Origin: Promethearchaeota archaeon
GTDB taxonomy: Archaea > Asgardarchaeota > Lokiarchaeia > Sigyniarchaeales > SOKP01
NCBI GenBank assembly: GCA_019894715.1
Contig: JAGXOA010000204.1
Span: 51,179-115,178, forward strand
DNA length: 64,000 nt
Direction of reading: 5' to 3'
The notes beneath the pieces were generated by a model. It made no database searches and had not been told where the DNA came from. It saw nothing but the letters and a program-made list of their open reading frames with translations. The translations under genes were made by a program, and so were the position numbers. The stretch's first letter is position 1; each line of letters starts with the position of its first letter. Shown one piece after another: positions 45,748 through 56,500 of this stretch.

Positions 45748-46974
45748 ATGAAATTTCTTAACACTATTAGAGTTGAAGAATTAAAAAATATACTTGAAAA
45801 GATCTCAACTAATGTGCTAGAAGAAGAACTTATTCCTTTAGAAGAATCCTATAATCGAGTATTATCAAGAGATATAATGAGTAATATTGATGTTCCTCAT
45901 TTTCGAAAAGCTAGGATGGATGGTTATGCTGTTATAGCAAAAGATACATTTAATGCAGATGAAGATAAGATAATAACACTTGAATTAATTGAGATAATCG
46001 ATGCTGGAACCATTCCAAAACAGAAAATAAAAAAAGGACAATGTTCATATGTAGCAACTGGAGCAGCAATACCTGATGATGCTGATGGAGTAGTGATGGT
46101 TGAGTTTACTAATAAAAATAACAATAAAATACATATTTCTAAAGCAATTACTCCAGGGACGCATCTTATTAACATTGGTGCTGATATTCAAAAAGATCAA
46201 ATTATCTATAAAAAAAACCAACTAATTAATTTACCAACATTAGGTATTTTCTCCTCTTGTGGAATTCATCAAATACCAGTCTATAAGAAAATAACTGTTA
46301 GTCTAATTAGCACCGGTAATGAAATTGTTCCTATATCTTCAAAAAAGCTAGAAATTGGAAAGATTTATGATGTCAATTCAATAATGCTAAAAAAAGCAAT
46401 TGAAAATATAGGAATAGATGTATTGTTTTTAGGAATTGTTAAAGATAATTTTAGAGATTTAGAAGAAGTCATTTATAAAGGATTAGAGAATAGTGATATA
46501 GTAATTCTCTCAGGGGGAACATCTAAAGGTGAGGGAGATTTAGCACCAAAAGTTTTAGAAAAATTTCAAAATATTGAAATTTTAATACATGGTGTTAAAA
46601 TAAAACCAGGAAAACCGTTAATTTTTGCTAAATTAAAAGAGAAAATAATTTTCATCCTTCCTGGTTATCCTACGTCAGCCCTAAGTTGCTTTTATATATT
46701 TATTGATGATTTTCTGAGAAGAATTTCTAAACTTCCATTAAAGAAAAAAAGTTCTAAAAAATTAGAAATAGGAGAAAGGATATACAGTTCAATTGGAAGA
46801 CATGAGTTTAAACCAGTTAAAATCGAAAAACAAGATGGAATAGAAAGGATATTTCCTATAAAAACAGGTTCTGAAGCAATCAGTACGATGTTTTATGCAG
46901 ATGGATATATTGAAATTGAAGAATTAGAATCTATTGTTGAAAAAGGAGATATAAGACAATTTAATACATTTTAA
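45748..46974 (+). CDS. moeA: Molybdopterin molybdenum/tungsten transferase MoeA (copy 1)
   Basis: 408 aa. DVPHFRKARMDGYAV, ATGAAIPDDADGVVMVE, STGNE, LSGGTSKGEGD, HGVKIKPGKP and LPGYPTSA. Confidence 0.85.
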   Translation: MKFLNTIRVEELKNILEKISTNVLEEELIPLEESYNRVLSRDIMSNIDVPHFRKARMDGYAVIAKDTFNADEDKIITLELIEIIDAGTIPKQKIKKGQCSYVATGAAIPDDADGVVMVEFTNKNNNKIHISKAITPGTHLINIGADIQKDQIIYKKNQLINLPTLGIFSSCGIHQIPVYKKITVSLISTGNEIVPISSKKLEIGKIYDVNSIMLKKAIENIGIDVLFLGIVKDNFRDLEEVIYKGLENSDIVILSGGTSKGEGDLAPKVLEKFQNIEILIHGVKIKPGKPLIFAKLKEKIIFILPGYPTSALSCFYIFIDDFLRRISKLPLKKKSSKKLEIGERIYSSIGRHEFKPVKIEKQDGIERIFPIKTGSEAISTMFYADGYIEIEELESIVEKGDIRQFNTF

Positions 46975-46993
46975 AATTATAGTATGATTTTAT

Positions 46994-47530
46994 ATGAAAG
47001 TTCATGAACAGCATAAAGAAGAAGGACCAAAAACAATAAATATTGCTTTGGTTATAGTAAGTACTAGTCGTTTTGAAGAACAACAATTAGAAAAAGAAAC
47101 TTCTGATAAAACAATTCCTTTAGTTAAAGAAATTATAGATAATAACAAGGAAATATTTTTAAAACAATCAGAAATCATACCAGATTCTAATATTAATATT
47201 CGAGAAGTTTTAAAAAAGTACCTTAAAGAGGACTCCATTAACTCAATTATATTCAGCGGAGGTACAGGTTTATCAAAAAAAGATATTACTTATGAAACTA
47301 TACAGCCATTATTGGAAAAAGAACTCATTGGTTTTGGAGAAATTTTTAGGTTTTTATCATATCAAAAGATTGGAGTTGCTGCAATATTATCAAGAGCAAC
47401 AGCTGGTAAAATACGTGATAAAATGATCTTTTTACTTCCAGGATCGCCTAATGCAATAAAATTAGCACTCAATAAAATTATTATCCCTGAAATTAAGCAT
47501 ATGATCTACATAATTAATAAAAAAGAGTGA
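46994..47530 (+). CDS. moaB: Molybdenum cofactor biosynthesis protein MoaB/MogA family
   Basis: 178 aa. IALVIVSTSR, IIFSGGTGLSKKDITYE and LPGSPNAIKLAL. Confidence 0.8.
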   Translation: MKVHEQHKEEGPKTINIALVIVSTSRFEEQQLEKETSDKTIPLVKEIIDNNKEIFLKQSEIIPDSNINIREVLKKYLKEDSINSIIFSGGTGLSKKDITYETIQPLLEKELIGFGEIFRFLSYQKIGVAAILSRATAGKIRDKMIFLLPGSPNAIKLALNKIIIPEIKHMIYIINKKE

Positions 47531-47536
47531 GCAATT

Positions 47537-48784
47537 ATGGAAAGATTACATAAAATAGGATTTTCTAAATTGACTTCAGTGGAAGATGCTTTAAAAAAAT
47601 TATTTTCTATCATAAAGAGTGCACAATCATTTGAAATTAATACTATTGACTCACTGAATTATACCGTAGCAAATGATATTAAAAGTATCATTGATATACC
47701 TCATTTTGATAGATCTGCCATGGATGGGTATGCTTTAATATCTGAAGATTCATTTGGTGCTTCTATAAATGCTCCTAAGTATTGTAAAAATATCGGAATA
47801 AATGAAATAGGTGAAGTATCAAATATATCTCTTAATAATTTTGAGGTAGTTAGAATTTCAACAGGAGCCCAAATACCAAAAGGAGCTGATGCTGTGGTAA
47901 AAATTGAAGATACTGAGATTGATGGGGATACTATTAAAATATATAGTCCTGTTGGGCCAGGAAAGAATATTACAAAGCGAGCAAACGATATAAAAAAGGG
48001 AGAAATTATCATACAAAAAGGTACTCAATTAAAACCAGAACATATTGCTCTAATATGCTCTCAAGGCATCAATAAAATTATTGTAAGAAAAGAACCAAAG
48101 GTGAGTATTTTTGGAACAGGAAATGAATTAATTGAAGTCGGAAAAATTCTTGAAAAGAAGCAAATTTATAATTCCAATACACCTATGATTTCAAATCTTG
48201 TTAAATTATATGGGGGAAGGGTAATAGAAGAAAATATTATTGAGGATAATAAGGAACTTATAAAAGGAAGTTTCTTAAATGCTATTTCTGTATCCGATAT
48301 AATAATATTCACTGGAGGGACATCTGTTGGAACAAAAGATTATTTACCAGAATTAATGGATAAAAATGCATACATTTTAGCTCATGGTGTTGCAATGAGA
48401 CCTGGAGCTCCAATACTAATTGCTAATAAAGAAGACACACTAATTTTCTGCTTACCAGGAACTCCTGTTGCTGCATACATAGGATTTTTAAAATTTGTTG
48501 GACCTTCTATTAAAAAGATTTTAAATTCTATAAATTTGGATCCTAGAGAAGAATGTATAGCTTCGATAAAAGAAGATGTTCCAGTCTCTTCTATAGGGTT
48601 TTTGCATAATCTAAGAATAAGGATTGAAAAAGAAAAAACTCAATTAATTGCAGTCCCTATTAGATTAAAAGGCTCAAGTATGATTAGTTCTCTTACTAAA
48701 TCAGACGGTATTGTCGAAATATCTCCATTTCAAGAAGGATTAAAAAAAGCAGACCCTGTATTGGTTAAATTACATCCTAAATGA
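47537..48784 (+). CDS. moeA: Molybdopterin molybdenum/tungsten transferase MoeA (copy 2)
   Basis: 415 aa. DIPHFDRSAMDGYAL, STGAQIPKGADAVVKIE, GTGNEL, FTGGTSVGTKD, HGVAMRPGAP and LPGTPVAA. Confidence 0.85.
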   Translation: MERLHKIGFSKLTSVEDALKKLFSIIKSAQSFEINTIDSLNYTVANDIKSIIDIPHFDRSAMDGYALISEDSFGASINAPKYCKNIGINEIGEVSNISLNNFEVVRISTGAQIPKGADAVVKIEDTEIDGDTIKIYSPVGPGKNITKRANDIKKGEIIIQKGTQLKPEHIALICSQGINKIIVRKEPKVSIFGTGNELIEVGKILEKKQIYNSNTPMISNLVKLYGGRVIEENIIEDNKELIKGSFLNAISVSDIIIFTGGTSVGTKDYLPELMDKNAYILAHGVAMRPGAPILIANKEDTLIFCLPGTPVAAYIGFLKFVGPSIKKILNSINLDPREECIASIKEDVPVSSIGFLHNLRIRIEKEKTQLIAVPIRLKGSSMISSLTKSDGIVEISPFQEGLKKADPVLVKLHPK

Positions 48785-48925
48785 GATTATATTAGTTTGA
48801 TTCCTATAATTTCATATAAACATCATTTCATTCCAATTATTTGAACATGTTCTATAAAAGAAATTTAAGGGAATTAGACTTGTATAAAACAATTAATTCA
48901 AGATAATAATTAAAATTGAATATCA

Positions 48926-49144
48926 ATGAATAAAGAGACCTATCTTAATAAAGGGATAAAAGAAATAATTATTGAATTCCCAAAAGTCAAAAATATATTA
49001 GAGGAGTATGAGATTGGATGTGGAAAATGTGCAAAAGGATTATGTCATTTAAAGGATATTTTAAATAATAATGAAATAAATCCAGAAATGGAAAAAAAAA
49101 TCATGATGAAAATTATGCAAATAATCGCTTCTGATACCATATAA
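48926..49144 (+). CDS. Small Cys-containing protein (DUF1858-like?)
   Basis: 72 aa. EFPKVKNILEEYEIGCGKCAKGLCHLKDIL. The family call is tentative. Confidence 0.4.
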   Translation: MNKETYLNKGIKEIIIEFPKVKNILEEYEIGCGKCAKGLCHLKDILNNNEINPEMEKKIMMKIMQIIASDTI

Positions 49145-49259
49145 AGCTTAAATGTCTAAGATTGTATTTAAATAAATCAAGAATTTTTCAAATTTTTTAT
49201 CTTTTAATTTATTTTAATAAAAAATTAAAGTTTATCTTCATTTCCAAGATTGCATTACG

Positions 49260-50123
49260 ATGATTATAGATAAAGTAAAAAAGATAAAAGAACAATATAA
49301 TATCATTGGTAGAACTGATGAAATAAGGAAAATGATATTAGCTCGTTCAGTTGATAAAAATATACTTATTGAAGGAGAGGTTGGTGTTGGCAAAACAACA
49401 TTAGCAGAAGCCATTTCTCAATATTATGATTCAAATTTCTACCGTATTGATTGCTCGGAAGAGACATTGACTCATAATTTAATTGGACATTTTGATCCAC
49501 CTTTAGTAATTGCAAAAGGATATATAGAGGAATCTTATGTATATGGGGCATTAGCCACTGCTATGTCTAATGGAGGTTGTTTGTTTATAAATGAAATAAA
49601 TAGAATGCCAGAAAGTACTCAAAATTCTTTATTAACTGCTCTCGACGAAAAAATTCTTGATATACCAAAACTTAAGAAGATAAAAGCTAAAGATGGATTT
49701 TTTGTTATAGCTACACTTAATCCATCTGCTCATGTAGGTGTTAATGTTTTAGGAGAAGCTATTATGGATAGATTTATCTGGATTAAACTTGATTATCAAT
49801 CAAAAGAAGAAGAACAAGAGATCATTAGGAAAGAAGTAAACATTAAGAATATTCCAAAAGATAATATAGCTGAGATATCTCAGAAAATCATTGAGTCAAC
49901 AAGGAAAACAATGTCAATCAGAAGAGGAAGTTCTATCAGAGGAGGTATAGATTTAGCTGCTTTGATATCACAATATGAAAATAATCAAAGCACTCAAAAT
50001 TGGATAGAAGCAGCAATAATGGCATTATATAATAAAATCGAACTTGAGGATGGAAACACAAGAACTAAAAGAGAAATTATCTCAGATATTGTATTATCTG
50101 TATTAAACAAGTCAGATTTTTAG
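49260..50123 (+). CDS. AAA+ ATPase, MoxR/CbbQ/ChlI-like
   Basis: 287 aa. Walker A GEVGVGKTTLA, Walker B CLFINEINR, sensor ATLNP, and Arg finger region GEAIMDRF. Confidence 0.8.
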   Translation: MIIDKVKKIKEQYNIIGRTDEIRKMILARSVDKNILIEGEVGVGKTTLAEAISQYYDSNFYRIDCSEETLTHNLIGHFDPPLVIAKGYIEESYVYGALATAMSNGGCLFINEINRMPESTQNSLLTALDEKILDIPKLKKIKAKDGFFVIATLNPSAHVGVNVLGEAIMDRFIWIKLDYQSKEEEQEIIRKEVNIKNIPKDNIAEISQKIIESTRKTMSIRRGSSIRGGIDLAALISQYENNQSTQNWIEAAIMALYNKIELEDGNTRTKREIISDIVLSVLNKSDF

Positions 50124-50125
50124 TA

Positions 50126-51238
50126 ATCGATGATCTCTCTGAGGAAGAATATAAAGAGGGGGAGAGAAAGCGACTACATGTTAGAAATACAGACCTTCCC
50201 TCAGATAGAAATATTTTACGTTTAGAAATTATAAGAAAAAGAAAAAAAAGACCTAGTTATTATCAACATTTAGCTAATACTTTAGATTATAAACAAATAA
50301 AAGAACTGACTTATACTGCAATCGAGAATAAAAATTTAGAGGCCGTTAGAGGTTTATTGAAATCAAATGTTTTTGCAGCTACTGATGCTCTAAATTGCGA
50401 TGAGGGTGTACGATTCTTTTCTGAAAAAGCAAAAGAAACTCCCAGTTTTATGCCAGAAGTTTATTTTTTCATTAGACGCCCTATATCTAAAAAGTATAGA
50501 TATATTTTTAGAAGATTAGCTCGTCAAAGTATTTTAACTTCTTCTTTAAAAATTACCAGCAAAGGTATACGTGGATATAAAAGAAAAACATTGCCCTATT
50601 ATAAATTAGATATGGGAGAGTTTAACATAGATGAAACTATCCAACATAATCCGCTAAAAATATTAAACAAGACTTTAACATATAAAGATATATATGGAAT
50701 TAAAAGGAAGCGCCAAAAAAGAAACGTAATTTTAATCCTTGATACGAGTGGAAGTATGTTTGGTAAACTTTTATTAAATGCTGCTTTAACTACTTCTGTA
50801 TTAGCTCATAATTTAGAAAAAGAAAATTATTCTATTGTATTATTTAATTCAACAGCAATGGTATTAAAGGGTATAAAAGAAAAGAAGAAAATTACGACCA
50901 TTATTGATGATATTTTGGATTCTGAAGCTGTAGGATTTACAAATATTGCCATTGGTCTTGAAAAAGGTTTAAATGAATTAAACAAAATACAAAAAAGAGT
51001 TAAGAACGAATTTGCAATACTAATCACAGATGGTAATTATAATCGAGGAGAAAATCCGATTAATATTGCTAGAAATTTCCCAAAATTACATGTTATTGGA
51101 ATCCCCCCTGATAATGATGCAAATTCTGGATTAAATATATGTAAAGAAATAGCAAAAGCAGGAAAAGGTAAATTTTTTGCTGTTAAGGGTTATAGAGAAA
51201 TACCTCGAACTTTAATTAGTATATTATCTCAAAATTAA
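50126..51238 (+). CDS. von Willebrand factor A (VWA) domain protein; 5' end extended beyond the ORF-track start
   Basis: MIDAS LILDTSGSM, later ILITDG. The frame is open from 50069, but the first canonical start is TTG 50357. The 77 codons 50126-50356 (DDLSEEEYKEGERKRLHVRNTDLPSDRNILRLEIIRKRKK...) are stop-free and protein-like. The start is either ATC 50126 or the gene is fused to the AAA+ gene by a -1 shift on T5 (50117-50121). Confidence 0.7.
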   Translation: MDDLSEEEYKEGERKRLHVRNTDLPSDRNILRLEIIRKRKKRPSYYQHLANTLDYKQIKELTYTAIENKNLEAVRGLLKSNVFAATDALNCDEGVRFFSEKAKETPSFMPEVYFFIRRPISKKYRYIFRRLARQSILTSSLKITSKGIRGYKRKTLPYYKLDMGEFNIDETIQHNPLKILNKTLTYKDIYGIKRKRQKRNVILILDTSGSMFGKLLLNAALTTSVLAHNLEKENYSIVLFNSTAMVLKGIKEKKKITTIIDDILDSEAVGFTNIAIGLEKGLNELNKIQKRVKNEFAILITDGNYNRGENPINIARNFPKLHVIGIPPDNDANSGLNICKEIAKAGKGKFFAVKGYREIPRTLISILSQN

Positions 51239-51419
51239 TCCTTAGACAACGTTGAACTACCATCACCTAAAAGTGTTGGATTCGTAATGCCGATCCCTTA
51301 GGAGGTCATTTATGGAAAATGTCCATAAATGTCCAGAATTTTTGCAACGGTAAATCTGAAAAACTTGCATCAAAAATTATAAAAATTAAGAAAAAATAAA
51401 GGAAATTCCTCAAGATATA

Positions 51420-51977
51420 ATGTTAGAAAAACAAAAAAATATTCCCAAGAAGATATTAGGAATACCACCACCTGCAATCCTTTTAATTCTTAATAATGCT
51501 ACTATTGAAGATATGAAAAAAATAACAGGGATTCTACCTTTAGGTGTTAAAGCTCAATGTATAAATACAGAAGAAGCAATGACATTACTTTTTAAAGAAT
51601 CAAAATTATTGAAGAATTATCCAAAAAAATGGCAATGTAAAAGTCTCTATATAGGTGGTTTATGGTCAGCATATCACTTTTGTGCATCAGCAGATTTGGT
51701 TATTGCTGTAAAGATGAAAAATGTTTGGGATAGAGATATGAAAATTTTAGAAGAAATTGAAAAATGTATGAATAATTTTAAAAAAGATTTTATTGTGGCT
51801 CATTTACTTGGATTAGACTTCTGTAAGGATAATAACTTAAAAACGGAAGGTGCTATATTAATCTTTAAAAAAATAATTAAAACTATACTTAAAACTGATT
51901 TTAATCTCATCTTAACCTCAGATCATTCTGGAGAAGAAAATATTCCTTATTTTGAAGTCTTCACTCATATTAATTAA
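51420..51977 (+). CDS. Hypothetical protein with weak resemblance to the C-terminal half of alkaline-phosphatase-superfamily enzymes
   Basis: 185 aa. FIVAHLLGLDFCKDNN and FNLILTSDHSGE recall AlkP-superfamily metal-site motifs, but the N-terminal nucleophile half is absent. Confidence 0.35.
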   Translation: MLEKQKNIPKKILGIPPPAILLILNNATIEDMKKITGILPLGVKAQCINTEEAMTLLFKESKLLKNYPKKWQCKSLYIGGLWSAYHFCASADLVIAVKMKNVWDRDMKILEEIEKCMNNFKKDFIVAHLLGLDFCKDNNLKTEGAILIFKKIIKTILKTDFNLILTSDHSGEENIPYFEVFTHIN

Positions 51978-52098
51978 TTGTTCTTTTTTATCTACGTATT
52001 AATATGATTATTAAAAATTCGAACCCACATTCTTTTTTAATAACTATTTTCAATTCATTATATGGTATAATATAAAATTAAATATCAGAGAAATTAAA

Positions 52099-53433
52099 GT
52101 GGTTAGACCTCCCAAGACAGATAAAAATATATGTATTCGTTGTAAAGGGGCAAGACTATTATGCGGAAAAAAAACTTGTCCAATATTGCTAAAGAATTCT
52201 ATATTAAAATCCATTTTACCTTTCAAGATAGGTGAATCACTGAGAAATGTAGAGATTTTTGGAGCAAGTCCTCCTGGTTTTTTTGTAGGGCACCATAATT
52301 ATCCAAAAGTTAATATAGGGCCTTTAGTTCCCTTTAATGAATTTGAAACATTTAGTGATATTTCTGATTATCATATTCTTGATGCTCCGGAATTATGGTT
52401 TGGAACTTCAATGAATAAAATTATCAGATACAGAAGTAGTTTAGTTAGAAATAATTTTAAAGTTGACGTTCATATAGGAAAACATAAATTAAAGAATACT
52501 CTACCTTTTAAAACTAAAAAGCTTCTAGAAACCTCACAAGAACTTTCAATGGCGGCCCGTCCTGTGGATACAGAAACTAAACTAGACAAAATTAGTCTTC
52601 GAATGATCATGGATAATCATGCTCAACCAATGGGTCCATCTGGAAATACTGAAAAAATTGAAATCACAGAAAACATTAAAGTTCATCCAAAAGTGGAATA
52701 TTGTATTGCAGACACAGATTTAAAAGCGAAAGATGCAGTATCAGATTATTTATTTCTTAAAGGAAATGTACCTCTATCCACAATAGAAAGAATTTTTGCA
52801 GCTGGTTTATTAGGAGAACAGAAAAATAGAAGATTAGTTCCAACAAGATGGTCAATAACCGCAATAGATGATATTATTTCAAAAACTTTGATTAAAGAAG
52901 TTAAAAAGTTTCCTGAAATTAACCAATATCAGATATTTGAAGCAAAATACCTTGATAATTACTTTAAGATTTTGCTATTTCCTGGTAAGTTTCTATATGA
53001 AATGAATGAGGTATGGGCACCAAATTCAGTTTGGAATTTATCACTTAATGGAAATAACATTAATTTAAGACCTCAAATAATGACTGATTATGAATTCTAT
53101 CAAGGAAGAAAAAATTATGCTAGCAATATCACTGGTGCGTATTATGCTGCAAGAAAGTCTGTTCTGGAGTACCTTTATAACATAAGAAGACAAGCCAGGG
53201 TACTTATCTTTCGAGAAGTCGGATCTGAGTATGTGACTCCATTAGGTGTTTGGGTTATAAGAGAAACGGTAAAAAACGCTATGAATATTGGAAAACCAAT
53301 TATTACAGATAATTTTGATGATGCACTTAGAAAAATGACTCAAGATTTTATTGTAGGGTTAAAACATTGGAAAAAAAGCAGTAAAATAATTAATTATCTA
53401 AAAACCCAAAAAACATTAGATTGCTTCATTTAG
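52099..53433 (+). CDS. Archaeal Nre-family DNA repair protein with C-terminal PCNA-interaction motif
   Basis: 444 aa. The N-terminal Cys cluster CIRCKGARLLCGKKTCPIL and length/pattern fit Nre (DUF650/DUF651). The C-terminus QKTLDCFI* is a PIP-box-like motif (QxxLxxF+hydrophobic). Confidence 0.65.
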   Translation: MVRPPKTDKNICIRCKGARLLCGKKTCPILLKNSILKSILPFKIGESLRNVEIFGASPPGFFVGHHNYPKVNIGPLVPFNEFETFSDISDYHILDAPELWFGTSMNKIIRYRSSLVRNNFKVDVHIGKHKLKNTLPFKTKKLLETSQELSMAARPVDTETKLDKISLRMIMDNHAQPMGPSGNTEKIEITENIKVHPKVEYCIADTDLKAKDAVSDYLFLKGNVPLSTIERIFAAGLLGEQKNRRLVPTRWSITAIDDIISKTLIKEVKKFPEINQYQIFEAKYLDNYFKILLFPGKFLYEMNEVWAPNSVWNLSLNGNNINLRPQIMTDYEFYQGRKNYASNITGAYYAARKSVLEYLYNIRRQARVLIFREVGSEYVTPLGVWVIRETVKNAMNIGKPIITDNFDDALRKMTQDFIVGLKHWKKSSKIINYLKTQKTLDCFI

Positions 53434-53531
53434 AGAATTAAAAATAGAATAAATACTAAAAAAGCTATTTTTTTGGAAAAAAGAAACATAAGAGATAAAA
53501 ATTAGAATTTATATAAAGTATTAAGATTTAA

Positions 53532-56500
53532 ATGAATTTGTTCAATTTAGTTCTTATGGCAAAATTTAAATCTACAACAAAAACAAAATTATTTTTATTT
53601 GTATCAATAATTTTAATCTTTATTATACCTAATATATCAAATGCCACAGTAAATAACTACATTAAATTAGAAAATATTCAACCTTCTTATTATAATCCCA
53701 TTAATCTAGGAGAAATTTCTGCAGAAAAGGAATCATGGATTGATATATTTTCTGATTTAGACAAAAATGAAAATGGTATTAGTGATAATTTGGATAATAA
53801 ATTAAATGAACTACTACAAGTAGGGAAAACACAAAAGAAATTGACATCTGAAGAAATTATTAATAAAATTTATAATAATGATGATATAGACAATCAAATT
53901 ACTAAAGAATCAATAAATATAATTATTAGATTCCCTGAAAGTGAATTTAATGATGTTATTTCTCTTTTTCAACAATTAGGAGGGAATATTAAATCCATGT
54001 ATTCAACAATAATAAATGGATTTGCAGGAAATATTGCTTATGAAGGTCTAATAGAATTTTCTAGGTTGCTTAAACATGATAATATTCCATTTTATATTGA
54101 AGAAGACGCAAAAGGAGAAACAACTCTATATTATACTGGATTAAATATGAATGTAAGACCTTACGTATGGAATACACTTGGATATGATGGCGATGAAGAT
54201 GGTTCTATAGCCGTTCTTGATACAGGGATAGATGATAGCCATAACATGCATGAAGGATATTCAGCTGGCGATTTTAATAATAAAATTGTTGGATGGCAAG
54301 ATTTTGTAGGAAGTGGCCCAACACCATATGATGATAATGGACATGGTTCTCATTGTTCAGGAATAGCTGCAGGAGATGGGTCCCCTAAATTGGATACTTC
54401 TGGTAGAACTGTGAGCTCAAATGGATTAGCCTTAGATTTAACAGGATATACTGTTCCAGAACAATCTTTACTTGAAACTCTAATGAGATTTAACGTTACA
54501 GAAGCAGGAACAATTGATGTAGAAAGTCAATATTATGATTATACTCCTATTGATGATGTGGATGTATATGCTTATATCTATTATAATGGAATAATGAAAG
54601 CAAGTTTTGAGACTACAAATAATACTTGGACATCAAATATGTCATATAGTGTACCAAGTAATGAATTAGGAAATTATAGTGTAAGAATATTGATTAACTT
54701 TGTCGATGATAATAGTGATTTTGATGTTGATGATGCAAACTTTGGGTTTAGAGTTCGAGCTCAATGGCCTTTTAATCCACCACTATTAGGTTCAGGCGAT
54801 CCTTGGAAAGGTATAGCTCATGACACCCATTTAGTAGGAGTAAAAGTAGCAGATACTCATGGGGGTGTATATACATCAGACTTAGTAGATGCAATATATT
54901 GGGTTGTTAGTAATAGAGATGTTTTCCATATTACAACAATTTCTATAAGTTTAGGGTGGGATAGCAGCCAAACATCTATAATTAATGCTTGTAACTATGC
55001 CGTTCAAAATGGAATTGTAGTAGTTGTTGCAGGAGGAAATGATGGTTCTGGAGGTTATCAAATCACAAGCCCAGGAGATGCAGATAAAGTTATTACTGTT
55101 GCTGCAAACAATGTTAAAGATGAAATTACGGAATATAGTGGAGAAGGAGGATTATCTTATACAGGAGCTACAACTAAGCCTGATATAACGGCTCCGGGAG
55201 GCAGTTCAAGTATACTCCAAATCTTTTCCACAGATACCGACGATAATGATGCAGAAGGAATTTTTTATAATGATTGGTTTGAAGATGATTTAGCTGGAAT
55301 GCAAGGTACTTCAATGGCAACTCCAGCAGTGGCAGGAGCAACTAATCTATTAATTGAAGCTATGGGTGGATATAATAATTGGAATTATACTGAAAAAGAA
55401 GCATTGAAAGTAAAAGCTTTACTTTTAATGACCGCAACAGAAACATACCCATTACAAAGAGAAGATTATCCTGGTGACTCTCCTTTATTGAATAGAGGAG
55501 GAAAAGATGTTCATGAAGGATATGGGAGAATAAATATTGATATGGCAATCGAGGCATACACACAGAACTTAGATTTTATTTCTGAAAAAAATGTAACAAT
55601 ATCGAGTAGTTTGATAAATCCATTTAGTAAACATGGTTTTGCATGTAATGCATTTTTACATAAAGGAGCAAACTACACATTGGAATTAGATATTCCATCA
55701 GGTAGCGATTTTGATTTATTTATTTACAATGATGATCCTACTTTAGTTGGAGACCCAATAATAGAAGCCTCAAGTATATCTAGTGGTATTGGAGTTGATG
55801 AATCTGTAGAATTTATTCCAACAGAAACAGGTGTTTATTATATCGTTGTTAAAGCCGTTTCAGGTGAAGGTGAAGCAAGTTTATCTTTTAACCAAGATAC
55901 TCATGATATAGTTGTTTCTCTATTTGCTCCAGACACAGCCTATCTTGCAGATAAATTTGAGATAACGGCAGCAATAGGTAATACAGGAACATCTGATGAA
56001 GTTAATATAGACTTTTCAACTTTCTTTAATAATGAATCCTTAATTTCTCAAATAATTCCATCTCTTCAAAGTGGTGATAACCAATTAATTACTTTTAGAT
56101 GGTCTCCTATTGAATATGGACTAAATAATTTATCAGTCCTATCAAGTAATGTTGCTGGAGAGATCTCTCTTGCTAATAATCTCCAAACTCAATTTGTTGA
56201 TGTTATAAGACCGCTAATATTTAATTATGAAATGCAAGAAAATTATCCATATAATTGGATTTCAACCGCAGCAGGAACGGAATTAAATATGGGTGATGAT
56301 GATTCTGATACTATTCCTTTATCTTTCAGTTTTCCTTTTTATAATGATACCTTCACAGAAGTATACATCTGTTCAAATGGATATCTTAGTTTTACTGATT
56401 CAACTCCTACAGATTTTACTGAAGATAATTTACCTTCAAGTGATTCTGATAATTCCTATTTAATAGCTCCTTTTTGGACGGATTTGGACCCAGACAATTT

